From Alphaproteobacteria bacterium (lineage in GTDB: Bacteria > Pseudomonadota > Alphaproteobacteria > Bin95): a stretch of DNA of 64,000 nt. Under the pieces are notes generated by a model that worked only from the letters and a program-made list of their open reading frames with translations, searched no databases and was not told the origin of the DNA. The position numbers and the translations under genes are program-made. Of the stretch, positions 1 through 10,275 are shown piece after piece; within the stretch, counting starts at the first letter, position 1, and every line of letters begins with the position of its first letter. The DNA lies in NCBI GenBank assembly GCA_965205265.1, contig CBDBGH010000003.1, forward strand, positions 2,208,001 through 2,272,000. The letters are read 5' to 3'.

Positions 1-1219
1 CGACAGGGTTGAAGATGCGGAAATACGGCGCGGCGTCGGTGCCGCTGCCGGCGACCCATTGCCAGCCGGCGCTGTTGTTGGCGAGGTCGGCATCGACAAG
101 CGTGTCGAGGAACCATCCGGCGCCGAGCCGCCAGTCGACCAGCAGGTGCTTGGTCAGGAAGGAGGCGGCGATCATCCGCACCCGGTTGTGCATCCAGCCC
201 GTCGTCCAGAGCTCCCTCATGCCGGCATCGACCAGCGGATAGCCGGTACGGCCGCGCTGCCAGGCCTGCAAACCCTCGGGGTCGTCGCGCCAGGGCATGC
301 GGTCGAAGGCGCGCTGGAGATTGGCCCTGTCCATGCCGGGATTGTGGAAGAGCAGGTGGTAGCTGAACTCGCGCCAGCCAAGTTGCCGGAGAAAGGCATG
401 GGCGCCGCTGCCGGGTTCGGCCGGGCCGAGCGCGGCCGCGACCTGCCGGGGGCCGATCTCGCCGAAATGCAGATGCGGCGATAGCCTGCCCGTGCCCTGC
501 TCCGCCGGGAACTCGCGCCCTTCCGCATAGCCCGAGACGCGCCTGCCCAGGAACTCTTCGAGCCGCGAGCGGGCGCCCGCTTCGCCCGGCCGCCACGCCT
601 CGCGCAGGCCGGAAGCCCGGTCCGGGGCAGTCGGGCGGAGCCGCCAGCCGGCCAGCTCCTCGCTTGCAGGCCAACGGGCCGGCGGCAACAGGCGCCGCAC
701 TGCGCCCCAAGCCGGCTCGAAGCCCTGTTTCAGGCAGGCGTGCCAGAAGGGCGTGAACACACGGTAATGCCCGCCCGTCTGCGTGCGAACGGTCCAGGGC
801 TCGAACAGCAGCGCCGCATTGAACGACCGGGGCGCCAGGCCCGCATCCCGGCACCGCGCCTCCACACCCTCGTCCCGTTCGACAAGGGCCGGTTCGTACA
901 GCCTGTTCCAGACGATGTCCGCCGCGCCGGTTTCCTTCGCCAGCGCGGTAATCGCCTCACCGACAGGACCGCTGCGCAGGACCAGCCGGCTGCCGAGGCG
1001 CGCGAGGCTGCCGCCGAGCGCGCCCAGGCTTCCATGCAGCCACCATTGCGACGCCCCGCCCCTCCGGCGCTCCTTGTCGTCCAGCAGGAAGAAGGGAATG
1101 ACCGGCCGGCCCGTCTGCGAGGCCCAGGCAAGCGCGGGATTGTCGGCAAGCCGGAGATCGCGCCGGAACCACATGAGCACCGGGCCGCTGCGGCGTTCAT
1201 CGCGGTCCACCAAAGCCAT
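1..1219 (-). CDS. phrB: Deoxyribodipyrimidine photolyase (C-terminus runs off the window); not in the ORF track
   Basis: Manual minus-strand translation: MALVDRDERRSGPVLMWFRRDLRLADNPAL... at the start and WQWVAGSGTDAAPYFRIFNPV at the window edge; GGGAG RBS upstream. Confidence 0.92.
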   Translation of the reverse strand, partial: MALVDRDERRSGPVLMWFRRDLRLADNPALAWASQTGRPVIPFFLLDDKERRRGGASQWWLHGSLGALGGSLARLGSRLVLRSGPVGEAITALAKETGAADIVWNRLYEPALVERDEGVEARCRDAGLAPRSFNAALLFEPWTVRTQTGGHYRVFTPFWHACLKQGFEPAWGAVRRLLPPARWPASEELAGWRLRPTAPDRASGLREAWRPGEAGARSRLEEFLGRRVSGYAEGREFPAEQGTGRLSPHLHFGEIGPRQVAAALGPAEPGSGAHAFLRQLGWREFSYHLLFHNPGMDRANLQRAFDRMPWRDDPEGLQAWQRGRTGYPLVDAGMRELWTTGWMHNRVRMIAASFLTKHLLVDWRLGAGWFLDTLVDADLANNSAGWQWVAGSGTDAAPYFRIFNPV

Positions 1220-1333
1220 TCTCCCTTCCGGCGCGCCTGTCCCCGGCGGCCGGGCGCGCGGCGGTCCATGCCGCCGCCGACCGGCTCTATAATGCTTTCG
1301 CAATTCGTAAGGACAGGGAAGAGACAGCCCGTC

Positions 1334-2869
1334 ATGCCCGGACGCTTTCGCCCGCTCGCTTTTGCCGTTGCGCTTCTGGCTCTCATCCCGGCCGTCTGGA
1401 CGCATGCGAGTGCCGAGCCGCTGTCCATAACGCTCGTGCATGTCAACGACTGGGACCGGATGGAGGGCGTGGACGGCCGGGGCGGCGCGGCGAAGATTGC
1501 GACGGTCGTTGCCGAAGAGCGCGCCCGCGCCGAAAAGGCGGGCGGGCTCGTCATCGCCACCTTCGGCGGCGATATGATCTCGCCCTCCCTGCTCTCCGGG
1601 CTGGATAGGGGCGAACACATGATCGAGCTTGCGAACGCCATCGGGTTCGATATCGCGGTGCTCGGCAACCACGAATTCGATTTCGGCCCGGAAGTCCTCA
1701 AGGAGCGGCTCGAACAGTCGGAGACGGCCTGGCTCGCCGGCAATGTCCGCTACCGCGGCGAGCCGGGCTTTCCCGGAGCCGGGACCGTGAAAGTCGTCGA
1801 GCATGGCGGATACCGGATCGGGTTTCTCGGCCTGGTCACGCCGGAAACCGCGAATATCTCGTCTCCGGGCAGGGATGTCGCCTTCGCCCCCTTCGTCGAA
1901 ACGGGCGCCGCCCTTGCCGCCGAACTGAGAGAGGCCGGAGCCGACCTTGTGGTCGCGCTGACCCACAACAACATGGCACAGGATCTGGAGCTTCTGCGCG
2001 TGTCGAGCGGGATCGACGCCGTTCTCGGCGGCCACGACCATCTGGCCGTCGCCTGGTACGACGGGCGGCAAACGGTCCTGAAGGCCGGTTCGCAGGGCGT
2101 CCATGTCGGCGTGCTCAGGCTGACGCTCGACCGTGTCGAAGACCGGCGCGGCAATCTCCGGCCGGTCTGGACGCCGGATTACGAACTGCGTTCGACCGAA
2201 GGCGTGAAGGACCAGCCTGCGCTCGCCGCCGCTGTCGAGAAGCGCCGGAAGCAGCTCGACAGCAGCCTGGGCATTGCGGTCGGCAGGACGACGACCGAAC
2301 TGGATACGCGCCGCGCGTCGGTGCGTTCGGGCGAGACCGCCTTCGGCAATCTGGTGGCGGACGCCATGCGCATCGCCGTCGGAGCGGACATCGCGCTGAC
2401 CAATGGCGGCGGCATTCGCGGGGATACCGTCTATCCCGCGGGCTCCGACATCACGGGCAAGCTGGTGCTGACGGAACTGCCGTTCGGGAACAGGACCGTG
2501 AAGCTCGCCCTCACCGGCGCCGTGGTCCGCGAAGCCCTTGAGCACGGCGTCGCCGGGGTCGAAAACGCCAGCGGGCAGTTTCCGCATGTGTCGGGACTGA
2601 GGTTCTCGTTCGATGCGAGCCGGCCGAAGGGCGGGCGGGTCGTCGAGATACTCATCGGCGATGCGCCGCTGGAGCCGGAGAAGACCTATACGCTCGCGAC
2701 CAACGACTTCCTCGCCGGGGGCGGGGACGGCTACGCCATGTTCGAGGAAGCCGAGCGGCGCATCGGCGCGAAGGACGGCTCCTTCATGGCGGCGCATGTG
2801 ATGGAGTTCCTCGAGACCGTCGGCACGGTCTCCCCGGCCGTCGAGGGGCGAGTCACCCGGCTGGACTGA
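1334..2869 (+). CDS. Secreted 5'-nucleotidase / UDP-sugar hydrolase family metallophosphoesterase
   Basis: Signal peptide, HVND, GGD, LGNHEFD, GGHDH, NGGGIR and LAGGGDGY motifs. Confidence 0.9.
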   Translation: MPGRFRPLAFAVALLALIPAVWTHASAEPLSITLVHVNDWDRMEGVDGRGGAAKIATVVAEERARAEKAGGLVIATFGGDMISPSLLSGLDRGEHMIELANAIGFDIAVLGNHEFDFGPEVLKERLEQSETAWLAGNVRYRGEPGFPGAGTVKVVEHGGYRIGFLGLVTPETANISSPGRDVAFAPFVETGAALAAELREAGADLVVALTHNNMAQDLELLRVSSGIDAVLGGHDHLAVAWYDGRQTVLKAGSQGVHVGVLRLTLDRVEDRRGNLRPVWTPDYELRSTEGVKDQPALAAAVEKRRKQLDSSLGIAVGRTTTELDTRRASVRSGETAFGNLVADAMRIAVGADIALTNGGGIRGDTVYPAGSDITGKLVLTELPFGNRTVKLALTGAVVREALEHGVAGVENASGQFPHVSGLRFSFDASRPKGGRVVEILIGDAPLEPEKTYTLATNDFLAGGGDGYAMFEEAERRIGAKDGSFMAAHVMEFLETVGTVSPAVEGRVTRLD

Positions 2870-3078
2870 ACGCGGGCCCGGCGCGGCGGCAAGGCCCGAT
2901 TTTTCGCACGGATGCGATTTTCAGCTTCCGCCCTGCGCCCGAACGGAGGATGATGCGTCCGGCTGGACAAGGAAGCGCGGCGGGCCGACGGACGCCGGCG
3001 CGAGTCCTGCAATGTTCATTTGCGGCGCGCGGCGTCGAGGCGCCGCGCAGAGGTCCGCAGAACGGGAGAACGGAACCC

Positions 3079-4119
3079 ATGATGTCACGCTGTCTTCGCC
3101 TTCTCCGACCGAGCCGCGGAGGCGCCGCGCTCTTCTCGGCCGCCGCACTTGCGCTCTCGGCCCATGCCGCAGCCGCGGAAACCGCGGTCAAGTTTGCGCT
3201 CGACTGGAAATTCGAAGGGCCGTCGGCCCCCTATTTCGTCGCCATAGACAATGGCTACTACGCCGATGCAGGGCTGGACGTCACCATCGACTCGGGCCCG
3301 GGCTCCGTGAAGGGCATCACGCGCATCGCCGCCGGGACCTATCCCATCGGCTTCATGGACATCAACTCGCTGGCGAAGTTCCTCGACCAGAACCCGGGCG
3401 CGCCCGTGACCGCCGTTCTGATGGTCTATAACCGCCCGCCCTTCGCCATCGTCTCGACGACCGAGCGCGGCGTGCTCAAGCCCAAGGACCTCGAAGGCCG
3501 CATCCTCGGTGCGCCGGCGCCGGACGGGGCCTACGCCCAGTGGAAAGCCTTCGTGAAGGAGAACGGCATCGACGCCTCCAAGGTGCAGATCGAGAATGTC
3601 GGCTTCCCGGTGCGCGAGCCGATGCTGGCCCGCGGCGAAGTCGATGCGATCACCGGCTATTCCTTCTCGTCCCACTTCAACCTGATCCGCAACGGCATCG
3701 CGCCCGAGGACGTGAAGGTCATGATGATGGCCGACTACGGGCTGCAGCTCTACGGGAATGCGATCATGGTCAACACGGACTACGCCGAGGCGAATCCGGA
3801 TGTCATCAAGGGCTTCGTCGCCGCCACCATCAAGGGCGTGCAGGCCGCCGTTGCGGATCCCGAAACCGCGATCAAGTCGGTGATGAAGCGCAACGAGATC
3901 GCCGATGAGTCGCTTGAGCTGGCGCGGCTCAAGATGGCGATCCGCGACAATATCGTGACCGACGAGGTGAAGAAGAACGGCTTCGGCGGCGTGGACGCGG
4001 CGAGGCTGGCGATGTCGCTCGACCAGATCGGCGTCACCTACGAGTTCACCAACCGACCGGAGCCCTCGGCGGTCTTCGATTCGTCCTACCTGCCTCCCGC
4101 GGCGGACCGCCAGCTTTAG
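3079..4119 (+). CDS. ABC transporter substrate-binding protein, NMT1/THI5/SsuA-like
   Basis: Signal peptide, LDWKFEGP..YFVAIDNGYY; precedes ATPase and permease. Confidence 0.85.
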   Translation: MMSRCLRLLRPSRGGAALFSAAALALSAHAAAAETAVKFALDWKFEGPSAPYFVAIDNGYYADAGLDVTIDSGPGSVKGITRIAAGTYPIGFMDINSLAKFLDQNPGAPVTAVLMVYNRPPFAIVSTTERGVLKPKDLEGRILGAPAPDGAYAQWKAFVKENGIDASKVQIENVGFPVREPMLARGEVDAITGYSFSSHFNLIRNGIAPEDVKVMMMADYGLQLYGNAIMVNTDYAEANPDVIKGFVAATIKGVQAAVADPETAIKSVMKRNEIADESLELARLKMAIRDNIVTDEVKKNGFGGVDAARLAMSLDQIGVTYEFTNRPEPSAVFDSSYLPPAADRQL

Positions 4120-4175
4120 CGCCCGGCCGGACGCCCGCCAAAGGGGGAGGACGCGCCATCGTCATTGTCGAGGAC

Positions 4176-4937
4176 GTGACCCTCACCTATGCGGGCGCTT
4201 CCGGCGGAGGCGTCACCGCGGTTCGGGGGCTGGACCTGAATGTCGAGCGGGGCGCCTTCGCCGCCGTGGTCGGCCCGTCGGGGTGCGGCAAGTCCACACT
4301 GATGAAGCTCGCCACCGGCCTCGTCCGGCCGACCGCCGGGCGCATAGCGGTGGACGGGGCCGCTGTGGAGGGGCCCGTCAAGATCGCCGGCATGGCCTTC
4401 CAGAACGCCAATCTGCTGCCCTGGCGGACCATCCGGGACAATGTCCTGCTGCCGCTGGAGATCGTCGAGCCGCACCGCCGGCGTTTCCGCAGAAACAAGG
4501 CCGAATACGCCGAGCGCGCGGACAGGCTGCTCGCCCTGGTCGGGCTCGACGGCTTCGCCGAACGCTTTCCCTGGGAACTTTCGGGCGGCATGCAGCAGCG
4601 GACCTCGCTCTGCCGGGCGCTCATCCACGAACCGGCGCTCCTGATGCTGGACGAGCCTTTCGCAGCCCTCGACGCCTTCACCCGCGAGGAGCTCTGGTGC
4701 GTGCTGCGCGACCTCTGGGCGCGAATCGGCTTCACCGTGATTCTCGTCACGCACGACCTCAGGGAAGCCGCGTTCCTCGCCGACACGGTCCATGTGATGA
4801 GCGCGCGGCCGGGCCGGATCGTGGCCTCCCGCGCCATCGACCTGCCGAGACCGCGCGAGCTCGATGTCTGCTTCGAGCCCGAGTTCGTGGATATCGTGCA
4901 TGACCTGCGCAGCCGCATCTCCGAGGTCCGGCAATGA
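4176..4937 (+). CDS. ABC transporter ATP-binding protein (TauB/SsuB-like)
   Basis: GPSGCGKS, LSGGMQQR, LLMLDEPF. Confidence 0.92.
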   Translation: MTLTYAGASGGGVTAVRGLDLNVERGAFAAVVGPSGCGKSTLMKLATGLVRPTAGRIAVDGAAVEGPVKIAGMAFQNANLLPWRTIRDNVLLPLEIVEPHRRRFRRNKAEYAERADRLLALVGLDGFAERFPWELSGGMQQRTSLCRALIHEPALLMLDEPFAALDAFTREELWCVLRDLWARIGFTVILVTHDLREAAFLADTVHVMSARPGRIVASRAIDLPRPRELDVCFEPEFVDIVHDLRSRISEVRQ

Positions 4938-5710
4938 CGCCGGTGTCGTTCTTCGAACGGACGGCCCCGTTCGCGTTCACGCTCGGCCTGTTCGTCTTCT
5001 GGGAGGCGGTCTGCCAGATCTTCGGCGTCAATCCGATCATCCTGCCCGCGCCTTCCGCCATAGTCGAGGCCACGGTAACGCATTGGAAACCGCTGCTCCG
5101 GCATTCGGGGGCGACCATGTGGACGACGCTTGCCGGTTTCGCGATCGCGGTCGCTTTCGGCGTCGTCCTCGGCATGATCGTCGGCTGGTCGCGGACGATC
5201 TACCGGGGGCTCTACCCGGTTATGGTCGGCTTCAACTCCATCCCCAAGGTCGCGGTGGTGCCGATCCTGGTCATCTGGTTCGGCATCGGCGAAATCCCGG
5301 CGATCCTGACCGCCTTCCTGATTTCCTTCTTTCCCATCGTGGTGAATGTCGCGACGGGGCTCGCCACCACGGAGCCCGAACTGGAAGACGTGCTGAGGGC
5401 GCTCGGGGCGCGCAAGCTGGACATCATCCTCAAGGTCGGCATCCCCCGCGCCCAGCCCTATTTCTACGGTTCGCTGAAGGTCGCGATCACGCTCGCTTTC
5501 GTCGGCTCGGTCGTCTCCGAGACCATCGCCGCGAATTCCGGCATCGGCTACCTGATGAGCGTCGCCGGCACCAACTTCCAGATGCCGCTCGTCTTCGCCG
5601 GGCTGATCGCGCTCGCCATAGAAGGCATCGCCATGTATGCGCTGTTCGCCTTCATCGAGATGCGCACCACCCGCTGGGCGTTCCGCTCCTCCTTCGCCGC
5701 CGGCGGCTGA
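4934..5710 (+). CDS. ABC transporter permease (TauC/SsuC-like)
   Basis: Hydrophobic, EAA-like loop, ATGA overlap with the ATPase. Confidence 0.9.
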   Translation: MTPVSFFERTAPFAFTLGLFVFWEAVCQIFGVNPIILPAPSAIVEATVTHWKPLLRHSGATMWTTLAGFAIAVAFGVVLGMIVGWSRTIYRGLYPVMVGFNSIPKVAVVPILVIWFGIGEIPAILTAFLISFFPIVVNVATGLATTEPELEDVLRALGARKLDIILKVGIPRAQPYFYGSLKVAITLAFVGSVVSETIAANSGIGYLMSVAGTNFQMPLVFAGLIALAIEGIAMYALFAFIEMRTTRWAFRSSFAAGG

Positions 5711-5808
5711 GGGAACGCCCAAGGCTGTCTGCGGACTTTGGCGGATAATACCAGCGGCGGCATGTCACGACTCATCGCGAAAGCTGGGCGCGCCCGGTCC
5801 CCCTTCGG

Positions 5809-5921
5809 CATCACCCCGGCCGGAATGGAGCGAAGCGGAGTGGAGAGCCGGGGTCTTCCCGCGGTGCTACCCCAAATGCGGGAGGTCCCGGATCGACGCT
5901 GACGCGCCGTCCGGGACGACG
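5809..5921. repeat. REP-like bipartite palindromic intergenic element
   Basis: Hairpins accccggc..gccggggt and gtcccgga..tccgggac; second hairpin closely matches 61842-61878. Confidence 0.65.
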
Positions 5922-6006
5922 ACAGGGGCTTGTCGGTCCTTGCTTGCGGCGCTGGTATCGCCGACCGCCGGTATCGTGTTCCTCGGTACGGAAAGTGGGG
6001 TTTGCA

Positions 6007-6243
6007 ATGATCGAGTCCGCCATAACCTCGAAAGGTCGGACGACTCTGCCAAAGGCCGTGCGCGAAGCGCTCGGGGTCTCGTCCGGGGACCGTTTACGCT
6101 ATGTCATCATGGATAATGGCAACGTGCGCCTGTTGCCTGTCCAACGGCTTTCCGAACTTTTCGGCATGCTCGCATATGACGGTCCGCCGGTGACGCTTGA
6201 GGATATGGACCGGGCCGTCGCCGAAGGGGCATGCGACAACTGA
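6007..6243 (+). CDS. AbrB/MazE/SpoVT-family antitoxin, no adjacent toxin
   Basis: [27 protein letters not shown] motif. Confidence 0.85.
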   Translation: MIESAITSKGRTTLPKAVREALGVSSGDRLRYVIMDNGNVRLLPVQRLSELFGMLAYDGPPVTLEDMDRAVAEGACDN

Positions 6244-6301
6244 TCGGACACGCCGCGTTTTCCTCTCGACAAGGGCAGCGCCCGGTCCCAAATTGCGAGC
6301 C

Positions 6302-7291
6302 ATGTACACGCAGGGATTGAACCAGTCGGTCGAGGAGGGCGGACCCGAGGATGCGGAACTGCTGGCCCGCTTCCAGGCGAAGATCGACCGCGAGGAGAAG
6401 ATCGAGCCGAACGACTGGATGCCGGCGGCCTACCGGCAGACGCTGATCCGCCAGATCAGCCAGCACGCCCATTCCGAGATCGTCGGCATGCTGCCGGAGG
6501 GCAACTGGCTGACGCGCGCGCCGAGCCTGCGCCGCAAGGCGATCCTGCTCGCCAAGGTGCAGGACGAGGGCGGGCACGGCCTCTATCTCTACGCGGCGGC
6601 GGAAACGCTCGGCATTTCGCGGGCGGAAATGGTGGAACGCCTGCTGGACGGCCGGGCGCGCTACTCCTCGATCTTCAACTACCCGACGATCACCTGGGCG
6701 GATATCGGCGCGGTCGGCTGGTTGGTGGACGGGGCGGCGATCATGAACCAGATCCCGCTCTGCCGCTGCTCCTACGGCCCCTATGCGCGCGCGATGATCC
6801 GCATCTGCAAGGAGGAGAGCTTCCACCAGCGCCAGGGCTACGAGGCCATTTCCCGCCTCGCAGGGGGAACGGCGGCGCAGAAGCGCATGGCCCAGGACGC
6901 GCTCGACCGCTGGTGGTGGCCGTCGCTGATGATGTTCGGCCCCTCGGACGCCGACTCGCCGCACACCTCGCGCTCCATGCGCTGGAAAATCAAGCGCTTC
7001 ACCAATGACGAGCTGCGGCAGAAATTCGTGGACGCCACGGTCCCGCAGGCGCGGCTGATCGGCCTGGAGCCGCCGGACCCCGAGCTCCGCTGGGACGAGG
7101 AGAGCGGCCACTGGCGCTTCGGCGAGATCGACTGGACCGAGTTCAACGAAGTGCTGGCGGGCAACGGGCCCTGCAACCGCGAGCGCATGGCCGCGCGCCG
7201 CAAGGCCCATGCCGACGGCGCCTGGGTGCGCGACGCCGCGACCGCCCACGCGCGCAGGAAGCAGGCGCGCGCCGCCGCGGCGGCGGAATAG
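6302..7291 (+). CDS. paaA: Phenylacetyl-CoA epoxidase subunit A
   Basis: [39 protein letters not shown]. Confidence 0.95.
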   Translation: MYTQGLNQSVEEGGPEDAELLARFQAKIDREEKIEPNDWMPAAYRQTLIRQISQHAHSEIVGMLPEGNWLTRAPSLRRKAILLAKVQDEGGHGLYLYAAAETLGISRAEMVERLLDGRARYSSIFNYPTITWADIGAVGWLVDGAAIMNQIPLCRCSYGPYARAMIRICKEESFHQRQGYEAISRLAGGTAAQKRMAQDALDRWWWPSLMMFGPSDADSPHTSRSMRWKIKRFTNDELRQKFVDATVPQARLIGLEPPDPELRWDEESGHWRFGEIDWTEFNEVLAGNGPCNRERMAARRKAHADGAWVRDAATAHARRKQARAAAAAE

Positions 7292-7310
7292 CGCCCGGCG
7301 GACGGAGCGC

Positions 7311-7622
7311 ATGTCGGACGGCGAGAGAAGAGGCGGGAACGAGCGGGACTGGCCGCTGTTCGAGGTGTTCATCCGCGCCCGCACCGGGCTGCACCACCGC
7401 CATTGCGGCTCGCTGCATGCGGCCGACCCCGAAATGGCGCTCGCCCGCGCGCGCGATGTCTATACAAGGCGCGGCGAGGGCACGAGCATCTGGGTCGTCC
7501 CGTCGGACCGCATCCACGCTTCCGACCCCGCCGACAAGGACATGCTGTTCGAGCCGGCGATGTCGAAGATCTACCGCCATCCGAGCTTTTACGACCTCCC
7601 CGACGACGTCGAGAACATGTAG
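7311..7622 (+). CDS. paaB: Phenylacetyl-CoA epoxidase subunit B
   Basis: WPLFEVF, GSLHAAD, ARDVYTRRGEG.SIWVV, YRHP. Confidence 0.95.
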   Translation: MSDGERRGGNERDWPLFEVFIRARTGLHHRHCGSLHAADPEMALARARDVYTRRGEGTSIWVVPSDRIHASDPADKDMLFEPAMSKIYRHPSFYDLPDDVENM

Positions 7623-8378
7623 ATGGCGGATGCGCTGACTGCCGCCTATGCGCTGCGCCTCGGCGACGATGCGCTCATCCTGAGCCACCGCCTCTCCGAA
7701 TGGGTCGGGCACGGGCCTGAGCTGGAAGAGGATATCGCGCTCGCCAACACCGCCCTCGACCTGCTCGGGCAGGCGCGGCTGCTGCTCGCCTGCGCCGGCG
7801 AGCGGGAAGGCCGGGGCCGGGACGAGGACGCGCTCGCCTACGAGCGCGACGTGCTGGACTTCTCCAACCTGCTGCTGGTCGAGCAGCCGAACGGCGACTT
7901 CGCGCAGACCATGGTGCGCCAGTTCCTGTTCGACGCCTATGCGGTCGAGCTCTGGCCGCGCCTTTCCGCCTCCCGCGACGAAGTGCTGGCCGGCATCGCC
8001 GGCAAGGCGGCGAAAGAGGCCGCGTACCATGTCGAGCAGAGCGCCGCCTGGGTGGTCCGCATGGGCGACGGCACGGAGGAAAGCCACGCCCGCGCCCAGG
8101 CCGGCCTCGACCTGCTCTGGCCCTATGCCGGCGAGATCTTCGAGGCGGACGGGGTGGAAGCGGCCCTGGCGGAGAAGGGCATCGCCGTTGCGCCCTGCGA
8201 ATTGCATGCGCCCTGGCAGGCAAGGGTCGAGCCGGTGCTGGACGAAGCCGGGCTCGCGCCGCCGGAAGGCACCGGGGTCCGCAAGGGGGGCAGGCAGGGC
8301 CGGCACAGCGAGCATCTGGGGCATCTGCTGGCGGAGTTCCAGTTCATGCAGCGCGCCTATCCGGGAGCGGAATGGTGA
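7623..8378 (+). CDS. paaC: Phenylacetyl-CoA epoxidase subunit C
   Basis: LGDDALILSHRLSEW, ELEEDIALAN, QRAYPGAEW. Confidence 0.95.
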   Translation: MADALTAAYALRLGDDALILSHRLSEWVGHGPELEEDIALANTALDLLGQARLLLACAGEREGRGRDEDALAYERDVLDFSNLLLVEQPNGDFAQTMVRQFLFDAYAVELWPRLSASRDEVLAGIAGKAAKEAAYHVEQSAAWVVRMGDGTEESHARAQAGLDLLWPYAGEIFEADGVEAALAEKGIAVAPCELHAPWQARVEPVLDEAGLAPPEGTGVRKGGRQGRHSEHLGHLLAEFQFMQRAYPGAEW

Positions 8379-8824
8379 GCCGCGCGGCGGAAGCGCGCCG
8401 GCTCGCAGAGGCGGTGCCGGACCCCGAAATCCCGGTGCTGACGGCCGGCGACCTCGGGCTGGTGCGCGCGGTGGAGGAAGACGGCGGCAGGCTGGTCGTG
8501 CGGCTGACGCCGACCTATAGCGGCTGCCCGGCAAGCGAGGCGATCCGCCGCGATGTCGAGGCGGCGCTCGCTTGCGCCGGGTTCGCCGACGCCGTCGTCG
8601 AGACCTGCCTTGCGCCCGCCTGGACGACGGACTGGATGTCGGAGGCCGGCAAGGCCAAGCTCGCCGCCTACGGCATTGCGCCGCCGGTGCGGGGGCCGGT
8701 CGCCTGCCCGCATTGCGGCGGCGGCTCGGTGGAGGAGCTCAGCCGGTTCGGCTCCACGCCCTGCAAGGCGCTCTGGCGCTGCCTCGGATGCCGCGAGCCG
8801 TTCGAGCGCTTCAAGTGCCTGTAA
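8372..8824 (+). CDS. paaD: Phenylacetyl-CoA epoxidase subunit D
   Basis: VPDPEIPVL, TPTYSGCPA, CPHCG, CREPFERFK. Confidence 0.93.
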   Translation: MVSRAAEARRLAEAVPDPEIPVLTAGDLGLVRAVEEDGGRLVVRLTPTYSGCPASEAIRRDVEAALACAGFADAVVETCLAPAWTTDWMSEAGKAKLAAYGIAPPVRGPVACPHCGGGSVEELSRFGSTPCKALWRCLGCREPFERFKCL

Positions 8825-9900
8825 GGCCGCGTTTCCACGATCTCACCGTCGCTGAGGTCCGCCGGGAGACGGCCGGTTGCGTGTCGGTCGCCTTCGAGGT
8901 GCCTGAGGCGCTGGCCGGGGCCTACCGCTTCGTGCAGGGCCAGTTCCTGACGCTGCGCCGGGACTTCGACGGGGAAGAAGTCAGGCGGTCCTACTCGATC
9001 TGCTCCGGCCTGGAAGACGGCGAGCTTCGCATCGCCGTGAAGGAAGTGCCGGACGGGCGCTTCTCCGGCTGGATCAACAGGGAGCTCGAGGCCGGGGACA
9101 CGCTCTCCGTCATGACGCCGGACGGCCGCTTCCACCGCCCGCTCGCGCCGGGGGGAAGGGGCCGCTATGCGCTGTTCGCGGCCGGCAGCGGCATCACGCC
9201 GGTCATCTCCGTCGCGCGCACCGTGCTCGCCTCGGAGCCGGAGAGCGAGCTGCTGCTGTTCTACGGCAACCGGAACGCCGGGGACGTAATCTTCCGGGAC
9301 GAGCTGGACGACCTGAAGAGCCGGCATCTCGGCCGTTTCTCCGTGCTCCATGTCCTCTCCGGCGAGGACCAGGAGGTGCCGCTCTGCCACGGCCGCCTCG
9401 ACGCGGGCAAGACGCAGGCGCTGATGGAGGCGTTCGGCCCGGCGGAAACCTTCGACGAGGCGCTGGTCTGCGGGCCGGGCGACATGGCCGAGGCCGTGCC
9501 CGGGGCGCTCACGGCTGCCGGCATGGCCGCGGCGCGCGTCCGCACCGAGCGCTTCACCGGCAATCCGGGCCAGGTCGTCGCGCCCCAGGCAGTCGGCCGG
9601 AAAGAGCGCGCCGCCGGCGCGGCCGAAGTCACCGTGGTACTGGACGGCGCCCGGCGCCGCTTCGCCATGGGCTTCGACGGCGAACGCATCATCGACGCCG
9701 GGCGCCGCCACGGCCTCGACCTGCCCTTCTCCTGCAAGGGCGGCATGTGCTGCACCTGCCGGGCCAGGCTCGTCTCCGGCCGGGTCGATATGCTGCAGAA
9801 CTACTCGCTGGAGCCCTGGGAACTCGAAGCCGGCTTCGTCCTCACCTGCCAGTCCCGCCCGCTCACCCGCGAAGTGGTTCTCGACTACGACGCACTTTGA
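8815..9900 (+). CDS. paaE: Phenylacetyl-CoA epoxidase reductase subunit E
   Basis: RRSYSICS, AAGSGITP, C-terminal 2Fe-2S CKGGMCCTC; GTG start overlapping paaD. Confidence 0.92.
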   Translation: MPVRPRFHDLTVAEVRRETAGCVSVAFEVPEALAGAYRFVQGQFLTLRRDFDGEEVRRSYSICSGLEDGELRIAVKEVPDGRFSGWINRELEAGDTLSVMTPDGRFHRPLAPGGRGRYALFAAGSGITPVISVARTVLASEPESELLLFYGNRNAGDVIFRDELDDLKSRHLGRFSVLHVLSGEDQEVPLCHGRLDAGKTQALMEAFGPAETFDEALVCGPGDMAEAVPGALTAAGMAAARVRTERFTGNPGQVVAPQAVGRKERAAGAAEVTVVLDGARRRFAMGFDGERIIDAGRRHGLDLPFSCKGGMCCTCRARLVSGRVDMLQNYSLEPWELEAGFVLTCQSRPLTREVVLDYDAL

Positions 9901-9974
9901 GGAAGACCGGGCTTGTTGCCCGGCCGGCGAGGATATACGGTCCATATCGAATTTGTAGATGGACAGGCGGAACG

Positions 9975-10259
9975 ATGACGCCGGAGATGATTGCGATACT
10001 GGCCGTTGGGGCCAGTCTGGTCGGTATAGGCGTCACCCTGGGCGGCTTGGTCTGGCAGGGTCACCGTGCATTACGCGCCGATCTGGGCGGTCGGATGGAC
10101 CGGATCGAAGGCGTAATGAAGGAACAAGGCGGTCGGATGGACCGGATCGAAGGCGTAATGAAGGAACAAGGCGAGCGTATCGCGCGGATCGAAGGGATGC
10201 TGCATCTGCATCTCGGCCGGAACGCGGACATCGCCCCGCCGGCGGCGCCGGCCGAATAG
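9975..10259 (+). CDS. Small hypothetical protein: N-terminal TM helix plus heptad-repeat coiled coil
   Basis: MTPEMIAILAVGASLVGIGVTLGGLVW followed by (GGRMDRIEGVMKEQ)x2. Confidence 0.7.
   Translation: MTPEMIAILAVGASLVGIGVTLGGLVWQGHRALRADLGGRMDRIEGVMKEQGGRMDRIEGVMKEQGERIARIEGMLHLHLGRNADIAPPAAPAE
10086..10172 (+). repeat. Exact 42-bp in-frame tandem repeat (2 copies)
   Basis: ggcggtcggatggaccggatcgaaggcgtaatgaaggaacaa at 10086 and 10128. Confidence 0.95.
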
Positions 10260-10275
10260 ACTGCCCCGCCCGCCG

